This document shows, one piece after another, positions 1-10,061 of a stretch of DNA of 64,000 nt. Under the pieces are notes generated by a model, which saw nothing but the letters and a program-made list of their open reading frames with translations, was not told the DNA's origin and made no database searches. The stretch is from an uncultured delta proteobacterium (GTDB taxonomy: Bacteria; Myxococcota_A; Polyangia; Polyangiales; Polyangiaceae). The translations under genes were made by a program, and so were the position numbers. The stretch covers positions 64,001-128,000 of the forward strand of contig CAWKKR010000002.1 in assembly GCA_963850305.1 (NCBI GenBank), written 5' to 3'. Every line of letters starts with the position of its first letter. The stretch's first letter is position 1.

Positions 1-1250
1 CTGGGATCGTAGTACCAGCCGCCGGCTGTCGGATCGCAGGCCGCGGCGGAGGGCGATTGCAGCAGGTGCTGCTCGGCGCCGCCACTCGGCGTCAGGCTGA
101 TGTTGACCTGGTTCGGATCGATCTGGCGACCGTCGCTCGTCGTCGTCGGAAGGACGTACACGCAGGGAATCGTGGCGGCGCCGCGGATGCTGTTCAGCGC
201 GTCGAGGAACTCCGCCGACGTGCTGGTCGTCGTCGCGTCCACGACGAACGCCGTCCCCGTTCCGCCGGCCGCGGCGACCTTGTCGAGATCGGCCTTGTTG
301 GGTGGCGCGGGATCGAGGTTGCAACCCTGTCCACCGTTCGCCGCCGAGCCGCCGATGATGCCGATGACGTACGTGGGGATGCTCGGGGTGGCGTTGAAGG
401 CCGCCGCCGCGATCGCCGCGACCTGATTGATCAGCGCCGCGGACTGGTTGTCGCCGTTCGTGCCGCAGAGGTTCGGCTCGCCGTCGGTCGCGAGCACGAC
501 CGACACGTGGTGATCCGGATACTTCTTGGCCCATGCCTGCGCGTGATCGATCGCTCCCTGCAGCGCCGCGGGCGTGGGTGTGTAGCTCACCGGCTTGTGT
601 GCGTTGAGGGACGCGATGATCGGCTGGGCGTTGCCCGGTAGTGGCGCGATCTCCACGTCCGCCGGCGTGTAGACGGCCGGATCGCAGCTTCCCTGACCGC
701 TGCCAAGGCCGAAGTACTGAATTCCCACTCCGAGACCGAGGGCGTTCGGGGATTGCAGAAAGTTCGTGAGCGCCCCCACCATCGCCTGCCACCGATCGCC
801 GCCCGACGGGATCGCGCAGGTCATCGACAGCGATTGATCGTTCATGATGTAGATGTCGGAGGGCAGGCCTTCGCCGCTCCGCCGATCCGTCACACATGCG
901 CTCGCGTCGTTGAGTCCGGAGGTGAGCCCCCCGCCGTCGCTTCCGAAGAGCCCCGTCGACGAATCGCAGTGTCCATCGGGCGTGCAAGACTCGCCCGTGG
1001 GGCAGGCGTGTCCGGGAGCGCAGTCGGCATTACAAGTGCCGGAGGAGCCGCAATAAATGCCCGCGGCGCAGTCGGCGTCGGACTTGCACGCGCCGCCGCA
1101 CTTCCCCTTGTAAATGCTGTCGCACGGCGAGCTGGAGTCTCCGCTCGAGCCCGAGCACCCGACCGCCCATCCCACCATCAGGGTCGAGGCGACCAGCGCT
1201 CCCCGCACCCAGCGTATCCTTCGCGCGCGCCCCGTTCTGATCGACGCCAT
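1..1250 (-). CDS. VWA-domain, Cys-rich lipoprotein (3' end runs off the window)
   Basis: Manual translation from ATG 1250: signal with lipobox AVG|C, Cys-rich segment, MIDAS-like DQSLS and VVLATDGEP. Absent from the ORF track because there is no stop in the window. Confidence 0.8.
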   Translation of the reverse strand, partial: MASIRTGRARRIRWVRGALVASTLMVGWAVGCSGSSGDSSSPCDSIYKGKCGGACKSDADCAAGIYCGSSGTCNADCAPGHACPTGESCTPDGHCDSSTGLFGSDGGGLTSGLNDASACVTDRRSGEGLPSDIYIMNDQSLSMTCAIPSGGDRWQAMVGALTNFLQSPNALGLGVGIQYFGLGSGQGSCDPAVYTPADVEIAPLPGNAQPIIASLNAHKPVSYTPTPAALQGAIDHAQAWAKKYPDHHVSVVLATDGEPNLCGTNGDNQSAALINQVAAIAAAAFNATPSIPTYVIGIIGGSAANGGQGCNLDPAPPNKADLDKVAAAGGTGTAFVVDATTTSTSAEFLDALNSIRGAATIPCVYVLPTTTSDGRQIDPNQVNISLTPSGGAEQHLLQSPSAAACDPTAGGWYYDP

Positions 1251-1283
1251 GGATTGTCGCATCGCGGCACCCTTCCTACGTCA

Positions 1284-1298
1284 GCAAGCCTGGTTCCG
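1284..1298 (-). promoter_or_regulatory. Putative sigma-54 promoter of the VWA lipoprotein
   Basis: Minus strand CGGAAC-CAGGC-TTGC fits GG-N10-GC (-24/-12), about 35 nt upstream of ATG 1250. Confidence 0.5.
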
Positions 1299-1477
1299 AA
1301 GCAAGCAAGAGCTGATCGTAGTTTGCACACCAGGAGCGAAGCAACCCTTCGCGCCCGCGAACTACATGATCGAGCTCATTATGCAGGCTAGCGGGAAAGT
1401 TCGCGGACCGGCACATTCCGCGGTGTTCTCCAGCGTTATCATCAGGTTCGGCTCCGCCGGCGAGGCGTCCTGATGAT

Positions 1478-2689
1478 TCAAAGCAGCGCGCTGACTTCTT
1501 CCAGCTCCTCCGCGCTGATACCGAGGAGGTAGAGGATGGAGTCGAGGCCCCCGGTGGAGATGGACGTGTCCGCTGCGGCCCGGAGCTTCGCCTTTGCGTG
1601 GAACGCGATGCCGAGTCCCGCCTTCTCCAGCATCGGAAGATCGTTCGCGCCGTCGCCGACGGCGATCACTTGATCGAGCAGCACGCCTTCCGCCTGGGCG
1701 ATCGTTTCGAGGAGCTCGGCCTTCCGCCGGCCGTTCACGATGGGCCCCACGACGCGCCCGGTGAGTTTGCCGTCCTTGATCTCGAGCGTGTTGGAATACG
1801 CATAGTCGATCCCGAGCCGCGCCTTCAGCGAGTCGGCGGCGACGGAGAAGCCTCCGCTGATCACGGCCGTGCGATAGCCGAGCCGCTTCAGCACCCTGAT
1901 GAGTCTCTCCGCGCCGTCCGTGAGCGGAAGCTGCGCCGCGAGGGTTTCGAGGATCGAAACGTCCATGCCCTCGAGGAGCCGCAGACGACGGCGCAGTGCT
2001 TCGTCGTAGTCCATCTCTCCGGCCATCGCCCGCTCCGTCACCGCCGCCACCTGTTCAACGACGCCGTGCGCGCGCGCGAGCTCGTCGATGACCTCGATGG
2101 GGATGAGCGTCGAGTCCATGTCCATGACGACCAGCCGCTTGCTTCGACGGAAGAGTCCCTCGCGCTGGAGCGCGATGTCGAAAGAACTCTGCATGCTCAA
2201 CCTGAGCAAAGCTTCCTTGAGCGGCGCCTCCTGCTCCACGTTGGGGAGATCGACCTGGATCTCGACCGAGCGGAGATCGCCGCGCGACAGGCGCGAAATC
2301 TTGGCGATATTGCCGCCATGCTCCGCCAGCTTCGTCGATAGCGCATGCAGCTCGCCCGCACCGAGGCTCGGCCCGATCGCCGTAACGACGTACCGGCGGG
2401 TCGATTTGCCCTGGGTGAGAGCCCCCTGCACGGGCTGAAAGTCGAGGCTCATGCCCAGCTCTTTCGCGGCGAACAGCAGTTCCTTCAGGACGCCACGATC
2501 CTCCTTGAGGCCGATGAGCATTCCGAGCGTCAGATGTCGTTGAACCACGACTTGCTCGATATCGACGAGGTGCGCCCCCATCTGTTTCAAGATCCCCGTG
2601 AGCGTGGCGGTGATCCCGGGGCGGTCGGGGCCCGAGACGGTGATGATGACGTGAGACGACTGCTCCGGCGGAAGGGACTGGTTGGGCAT
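1478..2689 (-). CDS. serB: Phosphoserine phosphatase SerB with ACT domains
   Basis: ACT start VIITVSGPDRPG; HAD motifs DMDSTL, ISGGF and GDGANDL. Start may instead be 2712 or 2749. Confidence 0.93.
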   Translation of the reverse strand: MPNQSLPPEQSSHVIITVSGPDRPGITATLTGILKQMGAHLVDIEQVVVQRHLTLGMLIGLKEDRGVLKELLFAAKELGMSLDFQPVQGALTQGKSTRRYVVTAIGPSLGAGELHALSTKLAEHGGNIAKISRLSRGDLRSVEIQVDLPNVEQEAPLKEALLRLSMQSSFDIALQREGLFRRSKRLVVMDMDSTLIPIEVIDELARAHGVVEQVAAVTERAMAGEMDYDEALRRRLRLLEGMDVSILETLAAQLPLTDGAERLIRVLKRLGYRTAVISGGFSVAADSLKARLGIDYAYSNTLEIKDGKLTGRVVGPIVNGRRKAELLETIAQAEGVLLDQVIAVGDGANDLPMLEKAGLGIAFHAKAKLRAAADTSISTGGLDSILYLLGISAEELEEVSALL

Positions 2690-2768
2690 CCGGGGCGAAA
2701 CTCTAGGCATAATCCGTCGCATCGTCACGCGGGGAGTACGCCGGTCCATGACGCCCGGCCCGGGCTCA

Positions 2769-4607
2769 TCACTTCAGGGATGCGAACCAGATCCCTTCCT
2801 TGCTGCCTGACGGGACGACGTAGAGGATTCCAGGTTGCGGCCAACCCACCTCTTCCCATTCCGAGGCCCTGATCCCGGCGTCGAACGTATCCCCGGTGTC
2901 GATGACCCGGACACCGAGCGTCCCCTCACCGGTGGTCTCGTCGTAGTCGTGCAGATAGGCGACCCCGCTCAAGCTCTCGACGAAGTCGAAGGAGCTCGTT
3001 GCGACTTGCGTCGCCGCTGGTTCGAGGTCGATCGTGTCCGGGCCGGAGACGAGCAGTGTCCCGACGCTGCCGCTCGCGTCGGCGATGACCGCGAGGCCGA
3101 CGCTGCTCGAGCTCACGCCACCGCTCGGGACGCCGCTCGCGAGCGGGCTCGAGACGGCACTTGCGTGAATCTCGACCAGATCACCCGTCGTCCCATCGAA
3201 GTTCACGACGCCCACGTTTCCGTCCACCTCCTCGACGTTCTGCGAGAGCGTGGTCAGCGTTCCTTTCGGTGTCCAGGCGACGAGCGTTCCCACCTGCGAC
3301 TTGTTCACGGTGGTCACGTCGACGATGAACTGAAAGGTGTCGGACCGGGTCGTTACACGAGGCACGAAGCTCGACAGGGTCGGATGATCGGCGATGTGGA
3401 CGGGCTCCGACCCGATCGCGCCTCCGTAGAGCGCGCCGTTGGTCTGCTTCGGGTCGGGCTGCGCGACGAAAAAGTAGTATCCGGTGTTACCCAAGAACCG
3501 AACCGCCGGTGGACCCAGGGCGAACTCACCCAGAGGATATCTTTCGGTCGCGGTGTCCTTGTCCTGGTCGGATTGGTCAGCGGCTCCATAAAGGACGAGG
3601 TTCCTCGTCTCGCACGGCGACACATAAGCAAGGCCGCCATAACCCGATGGTAAGTTCGGCCCACACGCATCCGTGTCGATGCTCTTCGGGGTCTCGAGCG
3701 CGTCGGTGACGAGAAACAGCTCGCCACCGGCGGGCGTACTCGCAAGCGTCGCGGGGCTTCCCGCGGTCGTCGGCGGGCCCTCCCGCGTCGTTGCGACGTT
3801 GCCGTTCGCGAGCGCCTCCGTCACTCCCGTCATCGACGAGGCGGTCCGAGCCCCGATGTCGATGAACGCGGCCTCGACCGGGCTCGACGTGCGGACCGTG
3901 AGTTGCGAGACATTCGTTCCGAACCGCGCGAGCTCGTTGAACAGCAGATCCCGCACGACGACCTGACCTCGCGTGATGCCGGTCGCCGGGTCCGTGACGT
4001 TCTCCAGCGTCCAGACCTGTTTGGGGGTCACCGACACGCTTGCCACGCCGGACGCGACCGTCGTCTTCTCCGGAACCCAGGGCTCCACGAAGACGAGGTC
4101 CCCCGAGTTGGTGCGAACCAAGAACCCCGGGGGGTCAGTGAAGGGCTGAGCCGGGTTTATGGCAAACCGGTTCGTCGCGTCGATGGGTGCGAGAGGCTCC
4201 TTGCACGATGAGTCGACGAAGTGGAGCTGACGGTCCGTGCCGCTGACGTCCGTGATGTATTGCTCGTAGGCCTCGAAGGAGCTTCGCGCGCTGAACGGCG
4301 AGGTCTGGAACGAGTCGGCGCGCCCGGTCCGGCAACCCTGGCCGCCGCCGAACGGCAGAAGAGCGAGCGTGGCCGGGCTCGCGGAAACGTCGAACGCGAC
4401 GATGAACGCTCCCGCTTGATCGGTGCCGTCGACGCGCGGCTCCGAAAAACGTCCGACGGCGAGCCGCTGTCCCGGAAGGTTGAGGTACGTCGGCGCCGCA
4501 TCCAGGATCTCGCTCAGTCCCGAAAGATCCACGTGACACGACGTCAGGACGCACGCCGTGAGGACGGACCAGCAACGAAGTCCCTTGCGGATCCGACCCG
4601 GCTTCAC
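2769..4607 (-). CDS. Hypothetical beta-rich lipoprotein
   Basis: GTG 4607, basic N-region, lipobox VLTS|C, long beta-rich body within ORF 2769..5057. Confidence 0.65.
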   Translation of the reverse strand: MKPGRIRKGLRCWSVLTACVLTSCHVDLSGLSEILDAAPTYLNLPGQRLAVGRFSEPRVDGTDQAGAFIVAFDVSASPATLALLPFGGGQGCRTGRADSFQTSPFSARSSFEAYEQYITDVSGTDRQLHFVDSSCKEPLAPIDATNRFAINPAQPFTDPPGFLVRTNSGDLVFVEPWVPEKTTVASGVASVSVTPKQVWTLENVTDPATGITRGQVVVRDLLFNELARFGTNVSQLTVRTSSPVEAAFIDIGARTASSMTGVTEALANGNVATTREGPPTTAGSPATLASTPAGGELFLVTDALETPKSIDTDACGPNLPSGYGGLAYVSPCETRNLVLYGAADQSDQDKDTATERYPLGEFALGPPAVRFLGNTGYYFFVAQPDPKQTNGALYGGAIGSEPVHIADHPTLSSFVPRVTTRSDTFQFIVDVTTVNKSQVGTLVAWTPKGTLTTLSQNVEEVDGNVGVVNFDGTTGDLVEIHASAVSSPLASGVPSGGVSSSSVGLAVIADASGSVGTLLVSGPDTIDLEPAATQVATSSFDFVESLSGVAYLHDYDETTGEGTLGVRVIDTGDTFDAGIRASEWEEVGWPQPGILYVVPSGSKEGIWFASLK

Positions 4608-4638
4608 GCGGGGGCAGTATACACTCCGCGCGCCACGC

Positions 4639-6879
4639 ATGCCGCCGCGGACGTTCGAACTTCCGGCCTCGCTCGCGCTCTTCGCGATTCTCGCCGGTGC
4701 CGCATCGTCGCGTGCGGCGGACGCGAAGCGGAGCGCGGCCGGCGCGGCCCCCTCCGGCGTATCGCCTTCGATCGTGCCACCGAAGACCCTCGACTCCAGC
4801 GTTACGTATCCCGAAGGGGGGGTCGGTGATGCCGAGGTCGTATTGGAGCTCACCATCGGCATCGACGGCACGGTGCTCGACGTCGGCAAGGTGGAGGGGC
4901 CCGAGCCGTTCGCGATGGCCGCCCGACGTGCGGCAGCCTCATGGAAGTTCGAGCCCGCCCGTCGGGATGGACGACCCGTCAAGGCGCGGATCCGGTTCGC
5001 CGCCAGGTTCATCGGAGAACATGTCCTCACCACGCCGCCCGCGAGCACGGTGGCCACTCGGGCCGCGCCGGCCAGTTCCGCACCGAACGCGGACTACACG
5101 GTCACCGTTCGCGGCTCGCGCGCAGCACCGGGCGGCATATCCGTGTCGCGCGCCGAGGCGCGGATGCTCCCGGGCGCGTTCGGTGATCCCTTTCGTGCGG
5201 TCGAGGCGTTGCCGGGCGTCACGCCGGTCGTGTCCGCTTTGCCCTTTTTTTTCATGCGCGGGGCTCCGCCCGGAAACGTCGGGTACTTCATCGACGGGGT
5301 TCGCGTCCCGCTGCTCTTTCACGCGCTCGCGGGCCCATCCGTGCTGCCGCCGTCGCTGGTCAATCGCATGGACGTATACGAGGGCGCGTACCCCGCGCGT
5401 TATGGCCGCTTCGCCGGCGGAATCATCGCGGCCGACAGCGCGTCGCCGAGCGAGGTCGCGCATGGGGAAGCGGCGCTCCACCTGCTCGACGTGGGTGGGC
5501 TCGTGGAGGCGCCCTTCGCCGGTGGAGATGGACACATCCTCGTCGCAGGACGTTACGCGTACGCCGGCGCGCTGCTCTCGACGTTCACCGATCTCAAGCT
5601 CGACTACTGGGACTATCAGCTCCGGGCGAGCTACGATCTATCGAAGAAGGACACCATCGGCGTCTTCGGGTTCGGTGCACTCGACTACGTGGGGGACCAG
5701 GGGGGCATCAACTTCGCCGGGACGCAGTTTCATCGAGTGGACACTCGTTACGACCATGCCATCGACGCGGATACCAAGGCCCGCACGGCGGTGACGCTCG
5801 GCTACGATCGCAGTCTCGCGACCGGCGGTTCCGTCACGGACGACTCCATTGCAGCGCGCGAAGAGGTCGAACACCATTTCCGACACGGTGGCGTTGCGCG
5901 ATTCGGCGGCGACTTCGGATTCGATCACTACGGGCTCGACATCACCGACCCCACCGTGAGCTTTCGTGATGCGACGACGCTGTTCCCGAAGCGTAACGAG
6001 GTCGTCGGAGGTGTCTACGTCGATTTCGAGGTTCATCCGACGCCGGCGATCACGGTCCGTCCCGGGCTCCGAGCGGACCTGTTCAACTCCGAGGGAACGA
6101 CGAAGTTCGGCGTCGATCCGCGTCTCTCTGCCGAATTTCAGGTTTCGCGGAGGGTGAAGCTCATCGACGCCTTCGGCGTCGCGCATCAGACCCCGAACTT
6201 CATTCCGAACCTGCCCGGGGCCGAAATCGGCGGCTTGCGAGGCGGACTTCAGACGAACGCGGAGTACAGCTCCGGCATCGAGGTGCTTCTGCCGGAGGAC
6301 ATCACGACGTCCGCCACGGCGTTCGAGCAAGTCTTCTTCAATCTGAGCGATCCGCTCGGCTTCTCCGGCACGGTCGCCGCGAACACCGACGTCGCGGACG
6401 TCCGGGCGCTCGGGTATTCGTACGGCGCCGAGCTCATGGTTCGCCGGTCATTCTCGCGCAAACTTGGCGGCATTTTTTCCTACACGCTTTCACGCTCCGT
6501 TCGTAGCCGCGACAGCCTGAACTCGCTCTCCGCTTACGATCGCACGCACGTCGCGACGCTCGCGCTCGGGTACGATCTCGGAAGGCGATGGAGCGTGGGC
6601 GTTCGCGGGCTCTACGCCAGCGGCGTTCCGACGCGCACGCTCACGGTGGATGGTCCGGAGTATGGTGGCGAGCGCGCTCCGCCATTCGTCCGTTTCGACG
6701 TTCGCGTCGAAAAGCGGTGGGTCCTTTCCAGGCACTCGTACATCTCCGCCGTGGCCGAGGTCGAGAACGCCACGGCGGGTACCGAAGTGACCGAACGGTC
6801 CTGTAACCAGACGCAGTGTACCGAAGCCGCCGTCGGCCCCCTGGTGCTGCCGAATATCGGCGTCGAAGCAGGATTTTGA
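4639..6879 (+). CDS. TonB-dependent receptor with an N-terminal TonB C-terminal domain
   Basis: Signal peptide; TonB-C motif (YPEG...VVLELTIGIDGTV...WKFEPA); plug motifs PGAFGDPFRAVEALPGV and YPARYGRFAGG; C-terminal Phe. Confidence 0.88.
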   Translation: MPPRTFELPASLALFAILAGAASSRAADAKRSAAGAAPSGVSPSIVPPKTLDSSVTYPEGGVGDAEVVLELTIGIDGTVLDVGKVEGPEPFAMAARRAAASWKFEPARRDGRPVKARIRFAARFIGEHVLTTPPASTVATRAAPASSAPNADYTVTVRGSRAAPGGISVSRAEARMLPGAFGDPFRAVEALPGVTPVVSALPFFFMRGAPPGNVGYFIDGVRVPLLFHALAGPSVLPPSLVNRMDVYEGAYPARYGRFAGGIIAADSASPSEVAHGEAALHLLDVGGLVEAPFAGGDGHILVAGRYAYAGALLSTFTDLKLDYWDYQLRASYDLSKKDTIGVFGFGALDYVGDQGGINFAGTQFHRVDTRYDHAIDADTKARTAVTLGYDRSLATGGSVTDDSIAAREEVEHHFRHGGVARFGGDFGFDHYGLDITDPTVSFRDATTLFPKRNEVVGGVYVDFEVHPTPAITVRPGLRADLFNSEGTTKFGVDPRLSAEFQVSRRVKLIDAFGVAHQTPNFIPNLPGAEIGGLRGGLQTNAEYSSGIEVLLPEDITTSATAFEQVFFNLSDPLGFSGTVAANTDVADVRALGYSYGAELMVRRSFSRKLGGIFSYTLSRSVRSRDSLNSLSAYDRTHVATLALGYDLGRRWSVGVRGLYASGVPTRTLTVDGPEYGGERAPPFVRFDVRVEKRWVLSRHSYISAVAEVENATAGTEVTERSCNQTQCTEAAVGPLVLPNIGVEAGF

Positions 6880-6888
6880 GGAGGGCCG

Positions 6889-7734
6889 TCAGCTCTCGGT
6901 CAGTGCCGCGAGGCCGTAGTTCATCGACAGGATCGCGTCGCGGCGTTCGGGCTCGAGCTCGGCCAGTCGCGGGAGCGTATCGGCCCCCGTACCGAGACGA
7001 ATCACGCGCGGAGCGGCCTCGGCAAACGCTTGCGCCACGAGCTCGCGAGCAAAATCCTCGGCCGGCATCGGGTTGTCCTGGGATGCATGGGCGCGCTTGT
7101 GGATGCCGTCGTAAGCCCGGTGATAACGCGACGTCTCGGCTCGGTATCTCTCGAGATCCCGCGAGCTCGCGTTCGCGATGTTGGACTTCACGCCGCCGGG
7201 CTGTACGACCACGACGTCGATTCCGAACGGCTTCAATTCCATGCGCATCACGTCCGAGAGCATGTGGACGGCGCTCTTCGACGCGCAATAGGCGGCCGCG
7301 AAGGGCGTCGGTAGGAGCCCGACGACGCTACCGATGTTGACGATCCGGCCCCGCTTGCGATCCGCCATGTGCGGAAAGACCGCCTGCGTGACGGCCACGA
7401 GTCCGAGCACGTTGGTCTCGAAGACCGAACGGATCTGGGAGATCGGAGTTTCGAGGATCGGCCCGAAATAATTGATCCCCGCGTTGTTCACGAGGGCATC
7501 GATCGATCCCGCGCGCTCGAGCACGAATTCCACCGCCGCGCCGATCGATTTCGAGTCGTCGACGTCGAGCGTGACGGTATCGATCCCGGCGCGCGCGAGC
7601 TCGTCGAGACTCTCCAGGCGGCGTGCCGTCGCGAACGGACGATGCCCTGCCGCCGAGAGGGCCTCGACGAGCGCACGACCGATTCCGGCCGAGCACCCCG
7701 TCACGAGCACGTTTTGCTTCTGGAGAGTCGTCAT
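6889..7734 (-). CDS. SDR family oxidoreductase
   Basis: TGCSAGIG, NNAG and YCASK motifs. Confidence 0.92.
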   Translation of the reverse strand: MTTLQKQNVLVTGCSAGIGRALVEALSAAGHRPFATARRLESLDELARAGIDTVTLDVDDSKSIGAAVEFVLERAGSIDALVNNAGINYFGPILETPISQIRSVFETNVLGLVAVTQAVFPHMADRKRGRIVNIGSVVGLLPTPFAAAYCASKSAVHMLSDVMRMELKPFGIDVVVVQPGGVKSNIANASSRDLERYRAETSRYHRAYDGIHKRAHASQDNPMPAEDFARELVAQAFAEAAPRVIRLGTGADTLPRLAELEPERRDAILSMNYGLAALTES

Positions 7735-7764
7735 CTCGCGACTATAGCCGCGGTCCGGCGCCGC

Positions 7765-8268
7765 TCAGTGGATGTTCAGCGAACCGATATAATCCTGCTT
7801 CCCGATATCGAGGCCGTTGTGCCGCAGGATCGCGAACGCAGTGGTCAGGTGGAAGTAGAAGTTCGGTAGCACCATCTCGTTCAGATAGTCCGTGCCGGTC
7901 AGGACCTTTCCCTCCAGAAACGGCAGCGCGACACTCCTCGACTCCGCACCCTGGAAGTCTGCCGGCTTGAACGTCCCGAGGTACTCGGTGACGGCCGCGA
8001 TGCGCTTGTGAAGGTCGTCGAGCGTCGTCTCCGTATCGGGGTGCTTTGGCGGCTCTTTGCCGGCGAGGCGTGCGGCGGCGAATTTTGCGGCATCACACGC
8101 TGCTTGTACCTGTCGGGTCAGCGCCCACTGATTCGGCGCGAGCCGTGCCGCCAGAAGCACGCTGGGGTCGAAGGACTTTTCCTTCGCGAACGCTTCGCTC
8201 TTGGTGAGCAGTGCGTCCAGGTTGCCGAGCATTTTCTTCAGTTGCGAAATGGATTCGTAAAATGACAT
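7765..8268 (-). CDS. DUF1993 family protein
   Basis: ARLAP...QVQAACDAAK and LPNFYFHLTTAFAILRHNG.DIGK signature. Confidence 0.88.
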   Translation of the reverse strand: MSFYESISQLKKMLGNLDALLTKSEAFAKEKSFDPSVLLAARLAPNQWALTRQVQAACDAAKFAAARLAGKEPPKHPDTETTLDDLHKRIAAVTEYLGTFKPADFQGAESRSVALPFLEGKVLTGTDYLNEMVLPNFYFHLTTAFAILRHNGLDIGKQDYIGSLNIH

Positions 8269-8449
8269 GGGGCGCACTCCTAATTCTTCCGCCGACCGGC
8301 CGCCAGTCCCGGGTCGATTCATTCTTCAGCGGCGGTAGGAGCAGCGCTCGCCCCGCCTTGCCCGGGGTGCGAGCCGGCCGCGACCGGCTCGCCTGTCTGC
8401 GGCCCTCGGCTGGGCGTTCGCGACCCGCGTTCATAGAAATGAACGCATC

Positions 8450-10051
8450 ATGCACCGGCGGGATTTCTTCAAGGCAACCGGCGCCGCGGCAGTTTCGTTG
8501 CTGGGCAACGTCGGTGCCGTCACCGCTCGCGGCGGCACCGCGACACTCGGTGGAACCGAACGCGCTTTCGACTATGCCTGGCTGAAGGGCGAGGCGAGGG
8601 GGCTCGCGAGTCGCGCCTACCGGCCGCCCGCCAACACCGTTCCTACGGTGCTGCGCGATCTCGATTGGGACCAGTATCAGAGCATCACGTTTCGGGGAGA
8701 GCGCGCCCTCTGGGCGCTCGAAGGGGTCGGCTTCGAGGTGAAGTTTTTTCACCTCGGGCTCTTTTACCAGACGCCGGTGCACATGTACGAAGTCACGAAC
8801 GGGCGGGCCAAGGAGATCGCGTACGACCCCGCCATGTTCGACTACGGCAAGAGTGGACTCGCCGGGGCCCGGTTTCCGCCGAACCTGGGCTTCGCGGGTT
8901 TTCGGGTGAACACCGCGAGAGACCTCGTTCGCGACGTCGTCGCGTTTCTCGGTGCCGCTTACTTCCGAGCCGTGGGGGGCGAACTTCAGTACGGACTCTC
9001 CGCGCGCGGGCTCGCCATCGATTCCGGGATGAGCCGTCCGGAAGAATTCCCAGTTTTCATCTCGTTCTGGTTCGAGCGTCCGAGAAGAGGCTCGACGACC
9101 CTGACCGTGTACGCGCTGATGGACTCCGAGAGCGTCGCAGGCGCCTATCGGTTCATCATGAAACCCGGGCGGGTGTTCGTGATGGACATCGACGCGGCGC
9201 TCTATCCGCGGCGCGAGATGGAACGGATGGGCGTCGCCCCGCTGACGAGCATGTACCAGTATGGCGAAAATGATCACCGGATGGACGACGATTGGCGTCC
9301 CGAGATCCACGACTCCGACGGACTCTCGATGTGGACGGGAGCAGGCGAATGGATCTGGCGACCGCTCTCGAACCCCGAGACCATGCGATTCAGCGCATTC
9401 CAGGACGAGAACCCGCGGGGGTTTGGGCTTCTTCAGCGGGATCGCAATTTCGATCACTACCAGGACGATGGGATCTTCTACGACCGTCGTCCGAGCCTCT
9501 GGGTGGAGCCGAAGAGGGGTTGGGGGAAGGGCTCGGTGGAACTGATCGAGCTCCCGGCAGCCGACGAGACCTCCGACAACATCGTCGCGTTCTGGAACCC
9601 GGTCGAGAAGCCGCGCGCCGGAGAAGAACTGCTCTTTGCCTATCGGCTGAGCTGGGGCTCGAAAATGCCAGCGGGGCCTTCGCTGGCGGAGGTCGTCGCC
9701 ACACGCACGGGGATCGGCGGGATCGTGGGACAGAAGCGAACCCATTACTCGCGCCGGTTCGTGGTGGATTTCGCGGGCGGAGGGCTCGCGCACCTCGCCG
9801 GCCATGCGCGGGTTGAACCCGTCATCTCCACGTCGCGGGGCCGCATCGAATTGCCGTCGGCGCGGCCTCTGACGTCCGTTCGCGGGTACCGAGCCATGTT
9901 CGACGTCCGCCTCCTCGACGACGACGCGGCCCCCATCGATTTGCGATTATTTCTGCGCGCTGGCGATCGAGCGCTCACCGAGACCTGGCTGTACCAGTGG
10001 ACGCCCCCCCCGCCGTCGTTACGAGGAGCAACGCGCATGTGCGAGCGGTAG
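8450..10051 (+). CDS. opgD: Periplasmic glucan biosynthesis protein, OpgD/OpgG family, Tat-exported
   Basis: Twin-arginine signal MHRRDFFK; FLGAAYFRA, YGLSARGLAID, RPEIHDSDGL and ETWLYQW motifs. Confidence 0.88.
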   Translation: MHRRDFFKATGAAAVSLLGNVGAVTARGGTATLGGTERAFDYAWLKGEARGLASRAYRPPANTVPTVLRDLDWDQYQSITFRGERALWALEGVGFEVKFFHLGLFYQTPVHMYEVTNGRAKEIAYDPAMFDYGKSGLAGARFPPNLGFAGFRVNTARDLVRDVVAFLGAAYFRAVGGELQYGLSARGLAIDSGMSRPEEFPVFISFWFERPRRGSTTLTVYALMDSESVAGAYRFIMKPGRVFVMDIDAALYPRREMERMGVAPLTSMYQYGENDHRMDDDWRPEIHDSDGLSMWTGAGEWIWRPLSNPETMRFSAFQDENPRGFGLLQRDRNFDHYQDDGIFYDRRPSLWVEPKRGWGKGSVELIELPAADETSDNIVAFWNPVEKPRAGEELLFAYRLSWGSKMPAGPSLAEVVATRTGIGGIVGQKRTHYSRRFVVDFAGGGLAHLAGHARVEPVISTSRGRIELPSARPLTSVRGYRAMFDVRLLDDDAAPIDLRLFLRAGDRALTETWLYQWTPPPPSLRGATRMCER

Positions 10052-10061
10052 CGCCGTCCGC

